A DNA stretch of 62,473 nt, the filler included, from Deltaproteobacteria bacterium (GTDB lineage: Bacteria > JAUYMQ01), in assembly GCA_030698575.1 (NCBI GenBank). It is 11 parts of 11 records of this genome, joined end to end, with 100 filler letters (N's around TTAATTAATTAA, not from the genome) between each part and the next. Parts side by side here need not be neighbours in the genome. Positions count along the whole stretch, not along the records: positions 48,435 to 52,070 come from JAUYMQ010000308.1; positions 52,171 to 59,721 come from JAUYMQ010000313.1; positions 59,822 to 62,473 come from JAUYMQ010000326.1; 8 more parts are not named here. One strand, 5' to 3'. Of the stretch, positions 49,773 through 60,119 are shown in pieces. Both the position numbers and the translations under genes were made by a program. The notes beneath the pieces are model-generated. The model had not been told where the DNA came from. It ran no database searches and saw nothing but the letters and a program-made list of their open reading frames with translations. The first letter of the stretch is position 1; each line of letters opens with the position of its first letter.

Positions 49773-50969
49773 ATGATCACCTATCCGTCGGAGCGGGTCG
49801 AGACCATCATCGGGATGATCCGGGAGTTCATGAAGAAGGAGGTCTACCCGATCGAGGGCGAGTTTGCGCACAAGAAGTTCGGTGAACTCCTGCCGCTCTT
49901 GAACGAGAAGCGTGCCAAGGTGAAGCAGATGGGGCTCTGGGCGCCGCAGGTGCCCGAGGAGTTCGGCGGCGCGGGGCTTTCCTTCATCGAGCACGCCTAC
50001 GTGAGCGAGGAGCTGGGCCGCAGCCCGCTCGGCCACTTCATCTTCGGCGCGCAGGCGCCCGACGCCGGCAACATCGAAATCCTGATCAAGTACGGCAGCA
50101 AAGAGCAGAAGGCGCGCTACCTCCGCCCGCTGGTCGCCGGCCAAATTCGCAGCTGCTTCTCGATGACCGAGCCCGAGAAGCCCGGCTCGAATCCCACCTG
50201 GATGGAGACGACCGCCAAGAAAGACGGCGACGATTACGTCATCAACGGGCAGAAGTGGTTCACTTCGTCCGCCGAGGGGTCGGCATTCGCCATCGTCATG
50301 GCCGTCACGAACCCCGATGCCGAGCCGCACATGCGCGCGTCGCAGATCATCGTGCCGACCGACACCGAGGGCTTCAACCTCGTCAGAAACATTTCGGTGA
50401 TGGGGCACGTGGGCGACAACTACGCGAGCCACGCCGAGGTGCTCTACCAGAGCTGCCGCGTGCCACAGGCGAACCTGCTGGGGCCCGAGGGGTCTGGCTT
50501 CGTCATCGCGCAGGAGCGGCTCGGGCCCGGGCGCATTCACCACTGCATGCGCTGGATGGGGATTGCCGAGCGCGCCTTCGAGCTGATGTGCGAGCGCGCC
50601 GCCACGCGCGACGTGGCGCCGGGGCGCAAGCTGGGGACGCGGCAGATAATCCAGGCCTGGATCGCCGAGTGCCGCGCCGAGATCAACGCCGCGCGGCTCA
50701 TGGTCATCGACGCCGCGCAGAAGATCGACAAGGTGGGCGCCTATGAGGCGCGCGAGGAAATTTCGCTCATCAAGTTCTACGGCGCGGGGGTGCTGTCGAA
50801 GGTGCTCGACCGCGCCATCCAGGTGCACGGCGCGCTGGGCGTCACCGACGACACGCCGCTGGCGACCTTCTTCCGCCACGAGCGGGCCGCTCACATCTAC
50901 GACGGCCCCGACGAGGTCCACAAGGTCGCCGTGGCCCGCCGCATCCTCCGCAAGTACGGCCTTAATTAA
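49773..50969 (+). CDS. Acyl-CoA dehydrogenase
   Basis: APDAGNIE, FSMTEP, INGQKWF, RLGPGRIHHCMR, AIQVHG, IYDGPDEVH. Confidence 0.93.
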   Translation: MITYPSERVETIIGMIREFMKKEVYPIEGEFAHKKFGELLPLLNEKRAKVKQMGLWAPQVPEEFGGAGLSFIEHAYVSEELGRSPLGHFIFGAQAPDAGNIEILIKYGSKEQKARYLRPLVAGQIRSCFSMTEPEKPGSNPTWMETTAKKDGDDYVINGQKWFTSSAEGSAFAIVMAVTNPDAEPHMRASQIIVPTDTEGFNLVRNISVMGHVGDNYASHAEVLYQSCRVPQANLLGPEGSGFVIAQERLGPGRIHHCMRWMGIAERAFELMCERAATRDVAPGRKLGTRQIIQAWIAECRAEINAARLMVIDAAQKIDKVGAYEAREEISLIKFYGAGVLSKVLDRAIQVHGALGVTDDTPLATFFRHERAAHIYDGPDEVHKVAVARRILRKYGLN

Positions 50970-51138
50970 TGGGGTCAGACCCCTTTATTTAAGTCCGGCC
51001 CACCCCCTGACCCCGGGCGGGCGGTTTGCTAAACTCCCGGCTCGCTGCGATTTCGACGGCCGGCCATCCCGGCAGCACCAAGCCCAATCGAACAGCTACC
51101 CGAGGGGAACTCCCCCTCCATCCGGAGGTAACGTCACA

Positions 51139-51675
51139 ATGCTCCAGGTAGGAAAGCCCGCCCCCGACTTTACGACCGAGGCCTACGTCAACGGCAAGTT
51201 CAAGAAGGTTTCTCTCAAGGACTACAAGGGCAAGTGGCTCGTCCTCTTTTTCTACCCGCTCGACTTCACCTTCGTCTGCCCGACCGAGATCCTGGCCTTC
51301 AGCGATCATCTGAAGGACTTCCAGGGCGTCGACTGCGAGGTGGTGACGTGCAGCACCGACAGCGTTCACTCGCACAAGGCGTGGGCGAAGACCCCGCGTG
51401 CGCAGAGCGGTGTCGAGGGCGTGAAGATCCCCATGCTCGAGGACACGAACCACCGGATCAGCAGCGACTTCGGCGTGCTGATTGAAGGCAAGGGTATCGC
51501 GCTTCGCGGCACGTTCATCATCGACCCGAAGGGCATCCTCCAGTACCAGGTGGTCCACAGCCTGAACATCGGCCGGAGCGTCACGGAGACGCTGCGCGTG
51601 GTCGAGGCGCTGCAGTCGGGCGGCCTCTGCGCGATCGAGTGGAAGCCCGGAGACAAGCACCTGAAGGCCGGCTGA
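51139..51675 (+). CDS. 2-Cys peroxiredoxin (AhpC/TSA; YkuU/AhpA-like)
   Basis: FYPLDFTFVCPTE, ALRGTFIIDP, ALQSGGLCAIEWKPG; GGAGGT RBS. Confidence 0.93.
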   Translation: MLQVGKPAPDFTTEAYVNGKFKKVSLKDYKGKWLVLFFYPLDFTFVCPTEILAFSDHLKDFQGVDCEVVTCSTDSVHSHKAWAKTPRAQSGVEGVKIPMLEDTNHRISSDFGVLIEGKGIALRGTFIIDPKGILQYQVVHSLNIGRSVTETLRVVEALQSGGLCAIEWKPGDKHLKAG

Positions 51676-51774
51676 CACGCGGCCCCGGAGCCGATTGCGA
51701 AAGCGGCCGCCCCACCCGGGCGGCCGCGTCGTTCGGCGAAGTCAAATTTTAGACCTGACCCCGGGAATTTGATC

Positions 51775-52070
51775 ATGAAGATGGGGGACAAGCTGCCGTT
51801 GCTCAACGGACCGGGGGTAACCTGGCTCGATGACACGGCCGCGCGCGACACGGCGCTTGCGCCCGCGCCCGGCACGGTGCTCCTCGTGCATTTTTTCGCG
51901 GTGAGCTGCGAGCAGTGCAAGTCGCAGCTCCCGAGGCTCGTCGAGTGGCGCGACAAGACCTACGCGGGCCGGCTCCAGCTCGTCGGCGTCCACATGCCCC
52001 GCTTCCCCGAAGACGTCGATCTCCCGCGCGTGAAGTCCGTTGTCGCCGAGTACGGCCTCGCGCACCCCGT
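51775..52070 (+). CDS. Thiol-disulfide oxidoreductase (YkuV/AhpT-like), 3' truncated
   Basis: HFFAVSCEQCK, VGVHMPR..ED.D. Confidence 0.8.
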
Positions 52071-52280
52071 NNNNNNNNNNNNNNNNNNNNNNNNNNNNNN
52101 NNNNNNNNNNNNNNTTAATTAATTAANNNNNNNNNNNNNNNNNNNNNNNNNNNNNNNNNNNNNNNNNNNNGCGCCCCGTCGTGACCCAAACAATCGTGAC
52201 CTGGACAGTCGTGACCTTTCAAGGAAGGCCTTTCGAGCCGCCGCCGGCGGCTCCGGAGGCCACCGTCGGGGAGAATTCCA

Positions 52281-52850
52281 ATGATCGCGCGAACAACGAT
52301 TTCGGCGCCCACTGCGGAGACGCCCTTCGCAACGCAGCGCCCTTCACGTGCACCGCGCCGGGCGGGCCTCTTCCTGCTCGCCCTGGCGATCGCTCTGTTC
52401 CCTGCCTGCGAGGGCTCCTTCGCCAAGTATTCGACCTCTGCCCGGGTCAAGCAGCTGCACACCGCCGTGGCGGACTTCAACAAGTTCATCCGCTGGCAGG
52501 AGTGGGAACGCGCGAGCGACTTCGTGACGGAGGAAGACCAGGCGGAGTTCAAGAACAAGTTCCAGGAGATCGAAGAGGAGTTCCGGATCACGGATTTCGA
52601 GATCAGGGACACCGACGTGGAAGAGCCCGAATCCAAGTTCGCGGAGACGATCGTGCTGTATCACTACTACCTGCTCCCCTCCGTGACCGAAAAGAAGGTC
52701 CGCGCGACCCAGAACTGGGTCTGGTCTGAAACCGAGAAGAAGTGGGAAGTCAAATCCCCCCTCGACTTCCTGAAGCTGGTCGAGCGACCGGACAAGAACC
52801 AGCCCGGCGCCAGAGCCGCGCGCCTCGCCGTGGCGGATTCGGATCGATGA
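52281..52850 (+). CDS. Hypothetical lipoprotein
   Basis: Signal ending FPAC; FNKFIRWQEWERAS; ATGA overlap with the next gene. Confidence 0.7.
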   Translation: MIARTTISAPTAETPFATQRPSRAPRRAGLFLLALAIALFPACEGSFAKYSTSARVKQLHTAVADFNKFIRWQEWERASDFVTEEDQAEFKNKFQEIEEEFRITDFEIRDTDVEEPESKFAETIVLYHYYLLPSVTEKKVRATQNWVWSETEKKWEVKSPLDFLKLVERPDKNQPGARAARLAVADSDR

Positions 52851-53548
52851 GTCAGCAACCCGTCCGGATTCTTCTCGTTGACGACGTCCGGGTCTTCAGG
52901 GAGCTGGAACGCACCTTTCTCCAGAGGAGCGCCTACGAGATCTTCACCGCCGCCTCGGGCACCGAGGCGCTGGAGAAGGCGCTCCGGGTGCGCCCCCATC
53001 TCATCCTGCTCGATTGCAACATGCCGGGAATGGACGGCTTCGAGTGCTGCCGGCGCATCAAGGCCGACCCGATCCTGAAGGGGGTGAAGGTCATCATGGT
53101 CACCACTCACGGGCGGGAACAGGACCGTGAACGCTGCCTCGAGGCCGGATGCGACGATTTCCTCACGAAACCCGTCAACCGGAGAGCCTTTCTCTCCTCC
53201 GTCGAGCAAACCCTCTCACTCACGGTCCGCGTCTCCGATCGCCTCGCGATGTCGGCCAAGGTTCATTACACGCCCGGCGACGGGGCCGGGGAGCCGAGCG
53301 TCACGGCCAACGTTTCGGTTGGCGGCGTTTTCATCCTTTCGGAAAAGCCGCCGGCCGAGGGAACGCCGCTTCATCTTCGCATCGATCTTCCGGGGCTGGA
53401 TTCACCGATCGAGGTTGAGGGGGAAGTGGTCTGGAACACTTCCGAGCAGCAGCCGAAAACGGCAGAGGGCTTCGGCGTCAAGTTCACCAAGATAGACCTT
53501 GACACCGCCCGGCTCATCGAGCGCTTCGTCGCGGCACGCGTCGAATAG
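52847..53548 (+). CDS. Response regulator with C-terminal PilZ domain
   Basis: LVDD, LLDCNMPGMDG, TKP; RxxxR and NVSVGGVF, GEVVW, GFGVKF. Confidence 0.9.
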   Translation: MSQQPVRILLVDDVRVFRELERTFLQRSAYEIFTAASGTEALEKALRVRPHLILLDCNMPGMDGFECCRRIKADPILKGVKVIMVTTHGREQDRERCLEAGCDDFLTKPVNRRAFLSSVEQTLSLTVRVSDRLAMSAKVHYTPGDGAGEPSVTANVSVGGVFILSEKPPAEGTPLHLRIDLPGLDSPIEVEGEVVWNTSEQQPKTAEGFGVKFTKIDLDTARLIERFVAARVE

Positions 53549-53557
53549 GGGATCGCG

Positions 53558-54214
53558 ATGCTACCGAGAACCCTCCTTCGAAATTTCTTCCCGGCAGGGG
53601 CGGCCCTGGTGCTGCTTCTTATCGCCTCTACGCCCGTGACGGCGTCGGCGGGCGTCTACCAATGGGTCGATGACGCGGGCACCGCTCACTTCACCGACGA
53701 TCCGGGCCAGGTGCCCGATGCCCACCGGGCGGCCGCCACGGAGGCCCGGCGCAGGGATGCAGCCCGGCTGACGGAGGAGGCCGTTGAAGGCCAGCCGCCC
53801 GGAGAGACGGCGCCGGCACCCCCGGTGGTATCCCCTGCCCCGGAGGACGAGGCCGGGAAATCGACGGCCGGGAACGGGGAGGAAGACGAACCCGCCCTCA
53901 CGCCCCTCCAGGAAGCCGTCGCGGAAACGGGGGGTGACGTCGACAACCACGGGCACGACAAGCAGTACTGGCAGGATCGGCGCCAGTTCTGGGAGCAGCG
54001 GCTGGAGGTCAGCCAGAACCTCCTCGATGAGACGCGCCGCGAGTTCAATCTCACCAATCAGCGTTATGACAGGCGGGAGTACAAGAAGTTGAAGGCGCTC
54101 CGTGAGCGCATGGCCGAACTCGAAACCGACGTGGTGCAGGCCCAGGCCATGCTCGACGGCGGCCTGGCGAAGGACGCCCGGCGGGCAGGCGCGCAACCGG
54201 GCTGGATTCGCTGA
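53558..54214 (+). CDS. DUF4124 domain protein with coiled coil
   Basis: Signal peptide, VYQWVDDAGTAHFTDD..VP, GHDKQYW, ARRAGAQPGWIR. Confidence 0.78.
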   Translation: MLPRTLLRNFFPAGAALVLLLIASTPVTASAGVYQWVDDAGTAHFTDDPGQVPDAHRAAATEARRRDAARLTEEAVEGQPPGETAPAPPVVSPAPEDEAGKSTAGNGEEDEPALTPLQEAVAETGGDVDNHGHDKQYWQDRRQFWEQRLEVSQNLLDETRREFNLTNQRYDRREYKKLKALRERMAELETDVVQAQAMLDGGLAKDARRAGAQPGWIR

Positions 54215-54288
54215 GCGCCCTTCCGCGCGGGGAAACGTCGTTCCACGAACGATTGAACAATTAAAGGCCTTTTGTTAGGCTCGCCGCC

Positions 54289-55035
54289 ATGCGTTACCTC
54301 GCCATGGCGGCCTTCTTCTTCTGCCTTACCGGCTGCGCGGAAAAGATCCCGCCCACCACCCTCGCCGCCACTGAGCCCTCCCCTCCCGCAGCCTCTCGCC
54401 CGACGCTCGGAGTAGCGGCGTTGCAGGACATGCGATCGACGGACGAACGCGCCGGCAAACGCCCGGGCCTGCTCGTCCTCGGCGTCTGGAACGCGCGGCG
54501 CGGAGACTACGTCACCGGCGATGGGGATCTGGGCGGACGGGTGCCCGGCGAGGTAACTGAAGCCGTTGCGCGGGCCATGAGCGGCGGGCGGTTCGGGCAT
54601 GCGCAAGTCGTGGGCGGGGTGGCGGAGACCGATGCGCCGGCTTTGCGACGGGCCTGCGGCGAGCATGACCTGACCTGGATCGCCACGGGTTCGCTCCGGC
54701 ACCTCTACGGCACGCTGCACCAGAACGCCTACCTTCTCCTGATCCCGGCCATATACGTGAACGCCGTCGGATGGGACAACGAGAAGACCGATCCGCTGGG
54801 CGTCGCGCATATTGCGATCGACGTTCACGACTGTGCAACGGCGAGTCCCGTTTTCCACAGGGAATTCGCAGTGGAGAACCGCTACCCGGGCGTCGCGCTC
54901 TCCGAGGCGGCCAGGTTCGCGTTCGAGGATCTCCTGCAGCAGCTGCGCAACGAGACCGCCGCCCACCCTATCCTCCGGGCCGCCCCGGTCACGCCCGGCA
55001 TGGCCGACAAGCCCGAAGCACCCGGCTCGCGGTAA
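54289..55035 (+). CDS. Hypothetical lipoprotein
   Basis: MRYL...LTGC lipobox. Confidence 0.65.
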   Translation: MRYLAMAAFFFCLTGCAEKIPPTTLAATEPSPPAASRPTLGVAALQDMRSTDERAGKRPGLLVLGVWNARRGDYVTGDGDLGGRVPGEVTEAVARAMSGGRFGHAQVVGGVAETDAPALRRACGEHDLTWIATGSLRHLYGTLHQNAYLLLIPAIYVNAVGWDNEKTDPLGVAHIAIDVHDCATASPVFHREFAVENRYPGVALSEAARFAFEDLLQQLRNETAAHPILRAAPVTPGMADKPEAPGSR

Positions 55036-55114
55036 AGCGCCGCGAGGGCTCCCGCCCTGCCCTGCGCCGGCGATTCTTGCGGTTCCCTGCTCATATTGGA
55101 TAGATTGTCGCGCC

Positions 55115-55825
55115 ATGGAGGCAATTCTCTTGGTGGGCGGCCTTGCCACGCGCCTTGGCGAGATGGCGAAGGACACGCCGAAAGCACTCATGCCGGTGGC
55201 CGGCAGGCCCGTCATCGCTCACCAGGTGGATCTGCTCGCCTCGGCCGGCGTGTCCCGCGTGATTCTCGCCAGCGGGCATCTGCACGAGAAACTCAAGACG
55301 CACGTCGGGACGCGCTTCCGGGGCGTCGACATCGGATTCGCGGTGGAGGACAAACGCCTCGACACGGGGGGCGCCATCGCCAACGCCATGAAGTCGCTCA
55401 CCACGGAAGATCCTTTCTTCGTGCTGAACGGCGACGTCCTCAGCGATGCCGATCTGGGCCAGATGCAGCGAGGGCTGGTTCCCACCGCCACCGGTGTGCT
55501 ACTCGGCGTTCGCGTGGATGATATCTCCGCCTACGGAGAGATCCTGGCCGACGGCGATCGGGTGCTCTCGTTCGTCGAGAAGCGGCCGGAGAAGCGCGAG
55601 GGAATCATCAACGCCGGCGTGTACCTCTTTCGGGAAAGCATTCGCGCCTATTTTCCGAAGCGGGAAGTTTTCAGCATCGAGCGTGACGTATTCCCCTTCG
55701 TGCCCGAACTGCGCGTGTCCACGCAACGGCCGCGATGGATCGACGTGGGCACACCGGAGCGACTGGCTGAAGCTTCGACGCTCTTCGCCGACCGCAAAGA
55801 GGAGAAAACGTGCGAGCCCTCATAA
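55115..55825 (+). CDS. Sugar-phosphate nucleotidyltransferase (mannose/heptose-1-P guanylyltransferase-like)
   Basis: [45 protein letters not shown]. Confidence 0.88.
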   Translation: MEAILLVGGLATRLGEMAKDTPKALMPVAGRPVIAHQVDLLASAGVSRVILASGHLHEKLKTHVGTRFRGVDIGFAVEDKRLDTGGAIANAMKSLTTEDPFFVLNGDVLSDADLGQMQRGLVPTATGVLLGVRVDDISAYGEILADGDRVLSFVEKRPEKREGIINAGVYLFRESIRAYFPKREVFSIERDVFPFVPELRVSTQRPRWIDVGTPERLAEASTLFADRKEEKTCEPS

Positions 55826-56766
55826 CCGGGATCACGGGGCAGGACGGGTCCTATCTCGCCGAGTTCCTTCTCGACAGGGGTTACGAGGTCTTCGGCATGG
55901 TCCGGCGGGCCAGCACGGAGAACTTCGAGCGGATCTCCCACATTCGCGAGCGAATCAAGCTGGCGCAGGGGGATCTTCTCGACCCCTCGTCGCTCATCTC
56001 GGTGGTGCGCGACGTCCGGCCCGATGAGATCTACAACCTCGCCGCGCAGTCCTTCGTTCCCACATCCTGGGCCCAGCCGGCGCTGACAGGCGAGTTCGAC
56101 GCCCTGGGGGTCACGCGGCTCCTTGAAGCAGTGCGAAACGTCGACCTTCCCTGCAAGTTCTACCAGGCCAGCTCGAGCGAGATGTTCGGGAAGGTGAAGC
56201 AGGTCCCCCAGAACGAGGACACCCCCTTCCATCCCCGCAGCCCTTACGGGGTCGCCAAGGTCTACGGCCACTTCATCACCGTCAACTACCGCGAGAGCTA
56301 CGGCATGTTCGCCGTCAGCGGAATCCTCTTCAACCATGAATCGCCCCGCCGGGGGCGCGAGTTCGTCTCGCGGAAGATCAGCTACGGGGTCGCGCGCATC
56401 AAGCTGGGACTCGACCGCGAGCTCCTCATGGGCAACCTCGACGCGTCCCGCGACTGGGGCTACGCCGGCGACTACGTGCGGGCCATGTGGATGATGCTGC
56501 AGCAGCCCGAGCCTGAGGATTTCGTCATCGCCACGGGGCGGTCGCACACGGTTCGGGAAATGCTCGACATCGCCTTCCGTGCCGCTGACCTCCGCTGGGA
56601 GGACCATGTGCGCAGCGACCCCTCCCTGCTCCGGCCCGCCGAGGTGGATCACCTCGTCGGAGACGCCACCAAAGCCAGGACCGGGCTGGGCTGGAAGCCG
56701 GAGGTCAGCTTCGAAGAACTGATCGAGATGATGGTCAGCGAAGATCTTCGCAGACTCGGCGGGTGA
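55810..56766 (+). CDS. gmd: GDP-mannose 4,6-dehydratase
   Basis: [51 protein letters not shown]. Confidence 0.96.
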   Translation: MRALITGITGQDGSYLAEFLLDRGYEVFGMVRRASTENFERISHIRERIKLAQGDLLDPSSLISVVRDVRPDEIYNLAAQSFVPTSWAQPALTGEFDALGVTRLLEAVRNVDLPCKFYQASSSEMFGKVKQVPQNEDTPFHPRSPYGVAKVYGHFITVNYRESYGMFAVSGILFNHESPRRGREFVSRKISYGVARIKLGLDRELLMGNLDASRDWGYAGDYVRAMWMMLQQPEPEDFVIATGRSHTVREMLDIAFRAADLRWEDHVRSDPSLLRPAEVDHLVGDATKARTGLGWKPEVSFEELIEMMVSEDLRRLGG

Positions 56767-56770
56767 CCCC

Positions 56771-57727
56771 TTGCGATCCCTGATCACCGGAATAGGCGGG
56801 TTCGCCGGGAGCCATCTGGCGGAGCTTCTGGTCTCGCGGGGCGAGACCGTTCATGGAACGGTCAAGGATCCTTCGGACACCGGGCTGATCGGGCACCTCC
56901 TCGATCGAAAGCAGATTGAAGTGCACGCGATCGACATCCGGGAGAGCCGGGCCATGGTGGATCTCCTGGCGCAGGAGCGTTACGACCGCATCTACCACCT
57001 GGCGGGTATTACATTCATTCTCGACAGCGTGGCGTCGCCCGAGGAAACGCTCGACGTGAACCTCGGCGGGACGCGCGCCTTGTTCGAGGCGGCGCGCCTG
57101 TCGGCGCCGGGAGCGCGCATCCTCTGCGTCTCGAGCGCCGCCGCTTACGGCGATCTCGACGATCCCGGGCTCCCGGTGGAGGAAAGCACCCCCTTCCGCC
57201 CCAACAACCCCTACGGCTTCAGCAAGGCCGCCGGCGATCTCCTGGCCTACCAGTACGTGAGCCAGCACGGTCTCCACATTGTGCGGGCTCGGCCCTTCAA
57301 CCACACGGGGCCCCGGCAGGCGCCCGTGTTCGTCTGCTCTGAGTTCGCGAAGGCAGTAGCAGAGATAGAGGCGGGCCGTCGCACCGGGGAGTTGAAGGTG
57401 GGCAACCTGGAAGTCGGCCGCGACTTCAGCGACGTGCGCGACATCGTCCGGGGTTATGCGCTGCTGCTCGAAAAGGGCGCCGCCGGAAGCGCCTACAACC
57501 TCTCGAGCGGGAAGAGTGTGAAGATCGGTGAAATCCTGGAAACTCTCGCCGGAATGGCGAGGGCCGAGATCCGGATCCGCCAGGATCCGGGCAAGCTGCG
57601 CCCCGGCGAGGTGCTGTCGATCGCCGGATCTTCCGGGAAAGCCCTCCGCGAGACGGGCTGGCGCCCGAACATCCCCTTCGAGCAGACCCTTCGCGACCTC
57701 CTCGACTGGTGGCGCGCGCGGGTCTGA
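56771..57727 (+). CDS. rmd: GDP-4-keto-6-deoxy-mannose reductase (Rmd-like; GDP-D-rhamnose)
   Basis: ITGIGGFAG, PYGFSK, RPFNHTGPRQ, RDFSDVRD; directly after gmd. Confidence 0.8.
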   Translation: MRSLITGIGGFAGSHLAELLVSRGETVHGTVKDPSDTGLIGHLLDRKQIEVHAIDIRESRAMVDLLAQERYDRIYHLAGITFILDSVASPEETLDVNLGGTRALFEAARLSAPGARILCVSSAAAYGDLDDPGLPVEESTPFRPNNPYGFSKAAGDLLAYQYVSQHGLHIVRARPFNHTGPRQAPVFVCSEFAKAVAEIEAGRRTGELKVGNLEVGRDFSDVRDIVRGYALLLEKGAAGSAYNLSSGKSVKIGEILETLAGMARAEIRIRQDPGKLRPGEVLSIAGSSGKALRETGWRPNIPFEQTLRDLLDWWRARV

Positions 57728-57805
57728 TCTTCGCCTGCACGGAAATTCCCCTGTACAGCCTGAATTTATCGCTGCCGGCATCCTCTCCAAGCCCCCTGAT
57801 CTGAC

Positions 57806-57832
57806 ACAAGTTTATGACGGCCCGGCCGATAA
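57806..57832 (+). promoter_or_regulatory. Putative sigma-28-type promoter
   Basis: ACAAGTTT-N11-GCCGATAA versus consensus TAAAGTTT-N11-GCCGATAA, upstream of the sensor gene. Confidence 0.5.
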
Positions 57833-57952
57833 ACCCAACGAAGTGACGGTCGGCCGAGGGGACCCGATCCCGCCTGCGCACGCCCCTCGAGAGCCAGCGC
57901 TCTCCGCCTCGACCACCGCCGCACTTCCAGAACCAACGGGGCGTATCGCTCG

Positions 57953-59721
57953 ATGCCGGCAACCAGTTCACAGCGAAATGAATCCCGGAACAGCCCGGAG
58001 CGCCTCCAGCGCACCTTCCTTCTCTACTCCGTGTTCGCCGTCCTCATCGCGTGCCTGGTCGTCTCGGCCGCCGCCGTTTTCCCGGTGGTGAACCAATACG
58101 CCGCGCACGAAGAGGACGAGATCCTCCACGCGCTCCAGCTTCGCACCCTCGCCATCAGGGAATTCCTTACCGGGGCAAGGGAGATCGCCAACCAGATCGG
58201 GAGCCGGACGAAGGCGCGGCAGGCGCTCGATGCCTACGAACGGGGCGAGACGGATCTTGATACTCTGCGCGCCTTCACGCGACCCATCCTGGCGGACGCG
58301 ATCGAACGATCGGCTCAGGTGGCGGGCATCACGCGCCTGGATGCGCGCGGCGCGATCGTCGTGAGTCTGGGGGTTGCAGTTCCCGGCGAATTGCATTACC
58401 GCGCTCTCCCGGCATCAGATTCACCCGAGTTCCGCGGCCCGACTACGATCAACGGCCGGCCCTACACGCTGGTCGCGAACCCGATCTTCGAAACAGCCGG
58501 CCGGCGGCTGGGAGCCGACCTCCTCCTCATCGACGCAACCGCGCTCAAGCGCATCGTGGAGGACCCCATCGGGCTTCGCCGTACGGGGGCGAGCGCCCTC
58601 GGGGCGCTGCGCGGCGGGAAGATGGAGATTTTCTGCGCCTACGATTCCACGACCAGCTCCCTCTCCGCCGCCGTCCTCGCCACCGAAAGCGGGTTAGGCG
58701 CGGGCCTGGAAGGGAATCCGGACAGCAATAGCGGCACTTCAAGCACGGAAGACGCCAACGGGCGATCCGTTGTGGTGACCTATTCCCGTATTCCAGATAC
58801 CGACTGGATCGCCATCGTCAGCATTGACAAGTCGGAGCTCTACGAGGGCCTCTCGCAGCAGCTGCGCCTGATGGGCTTCGTGGTGATCCCGCTCGTCGTC
58901 ATCGGGCTGCTAGTGATGCTCCGGATACTCAAGCCGCTCATCGCCAGAATGAACGCGCACGCCGCCGTGCTTCGCGGCGAGATCGAGGAACGGAAGCGCG
59001 CCGAGGCGGAAGCCCTCCTCCGGGCGGACCAGCAGGCCGTCGTTGCGGAGCTGGGGCAGCATGCGTTCAGGGGCCTGCCGAAATCCGAGATGATGGACAG
59101 AGTCGTCGCGGCGCTCGCCAGCACCCTGAATGTGGAGTTCGTCAAGGTCCTGGAGCTCATGGCCGACGGACAGTCCCTTCTCCTGCGGGCGGGCGTGGGC
59201 TGGCGTGAGGGCCTGGTGGGGAGGGCCCGAGTGGCCACAGCCAGGGATTCGCAGGCGGGTTACACGCTTCTCTCGGACGGCCCTGTCGTCGTCGAGGATC
59301 ACGCCAGCGAAAAACGGTTCTCCGGCCCTCTGCTCTTGCAGGAACACGGCATCAGGAGCGGCGCCAGCGTGCTCATCCGGGGCCGGAAGGGCCCGTTCGG
59401 CGTTCTGGGCGTGCATTCCCGGGGACTGCGGCGCTTCACGAGCCACGATCTCAATTTCATCCAGACCGTCGCGAACCTGCTCGGCGAAACGGTCGAGCGC
59501 ACCGAAGCTGAGAGCGCCCTTGCGGAGAATGAGATGCGCCTCCGCGCCGTTTTCGCATCGGCGCTCGATCCGATCATCATCACCAACGCGGACGGGATCG
59601 TCCAGGCAGCCAGCGACTCGGTCGAACGGTGCTTCGGCTGGCATCCGCGGGAGACCCTCGGAAAGAGCATCGATCGTCTCTTCTACGAAGGGTTCCACCG
59701 CGAGTATCAGCAGGACCCCGA
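57953..59721 (+). CDS. Membrane sensor protein N-terminal half (TM, Cache-like, TM, GAF, PAS), 3' truncated
   Basis: Two TMs, GAF (LRAGVGW..SQAGYTL..GVLGVH..FIQTVAN), PAS start. Confidence 0.85.
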
Positions 59722-59821
59722 NNNNNNNNNNNNNNNNNNNNNNNNNNNNNNNNNNNNNNNNNNNNTTAATTAATTAANNNNNNNNNNNNNNNNNNNNNNN
59801 NNNNNNNNNNNNNNNNNNNNN

Positions 59822-60103
59822 CTCAAGCCCGTAGCCGCGGTATTGCCGTTCCTGCATCCCTTGAGGGCTGGCGTTCCGGAAGTTGTCACCAGAGACCAGA
59901 AAATAGTTCTGCCTGGGGGCGATGTGGATCGTGTAAATGCCACCGATCTCTCCCGAGTCGACGAGGACCACCTTGCACTCGAACTGCCACCCACTGAGCG
60001 GGAATGCGCCGGACTCCAATCGACCGGTCACCTTATCCTTCACGCGCGAGTACTGGTCGGTGTTGTAGGAACGTTCGGAGATAGAAACGATTTCCAGAAT
60101 CAA
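59822..60103 (-). CDS. Hypothetical protein fragment next to the IS110 right end
   Basis: Open frame to the contig end; no motif recognised. Confidence 0.3.
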
Positions 60104-60119
60104 CTGCGCGTTGACTTTC

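Noticed and set aside
50962..50969. TTAATTAA at the end of the acyl-CoA dehydrogenase as a hidden linker
   Set aside because: No flanking Ns, and it reads as CTT AAT TAA (Leu-Asn-stop) next to a REP-like copy.
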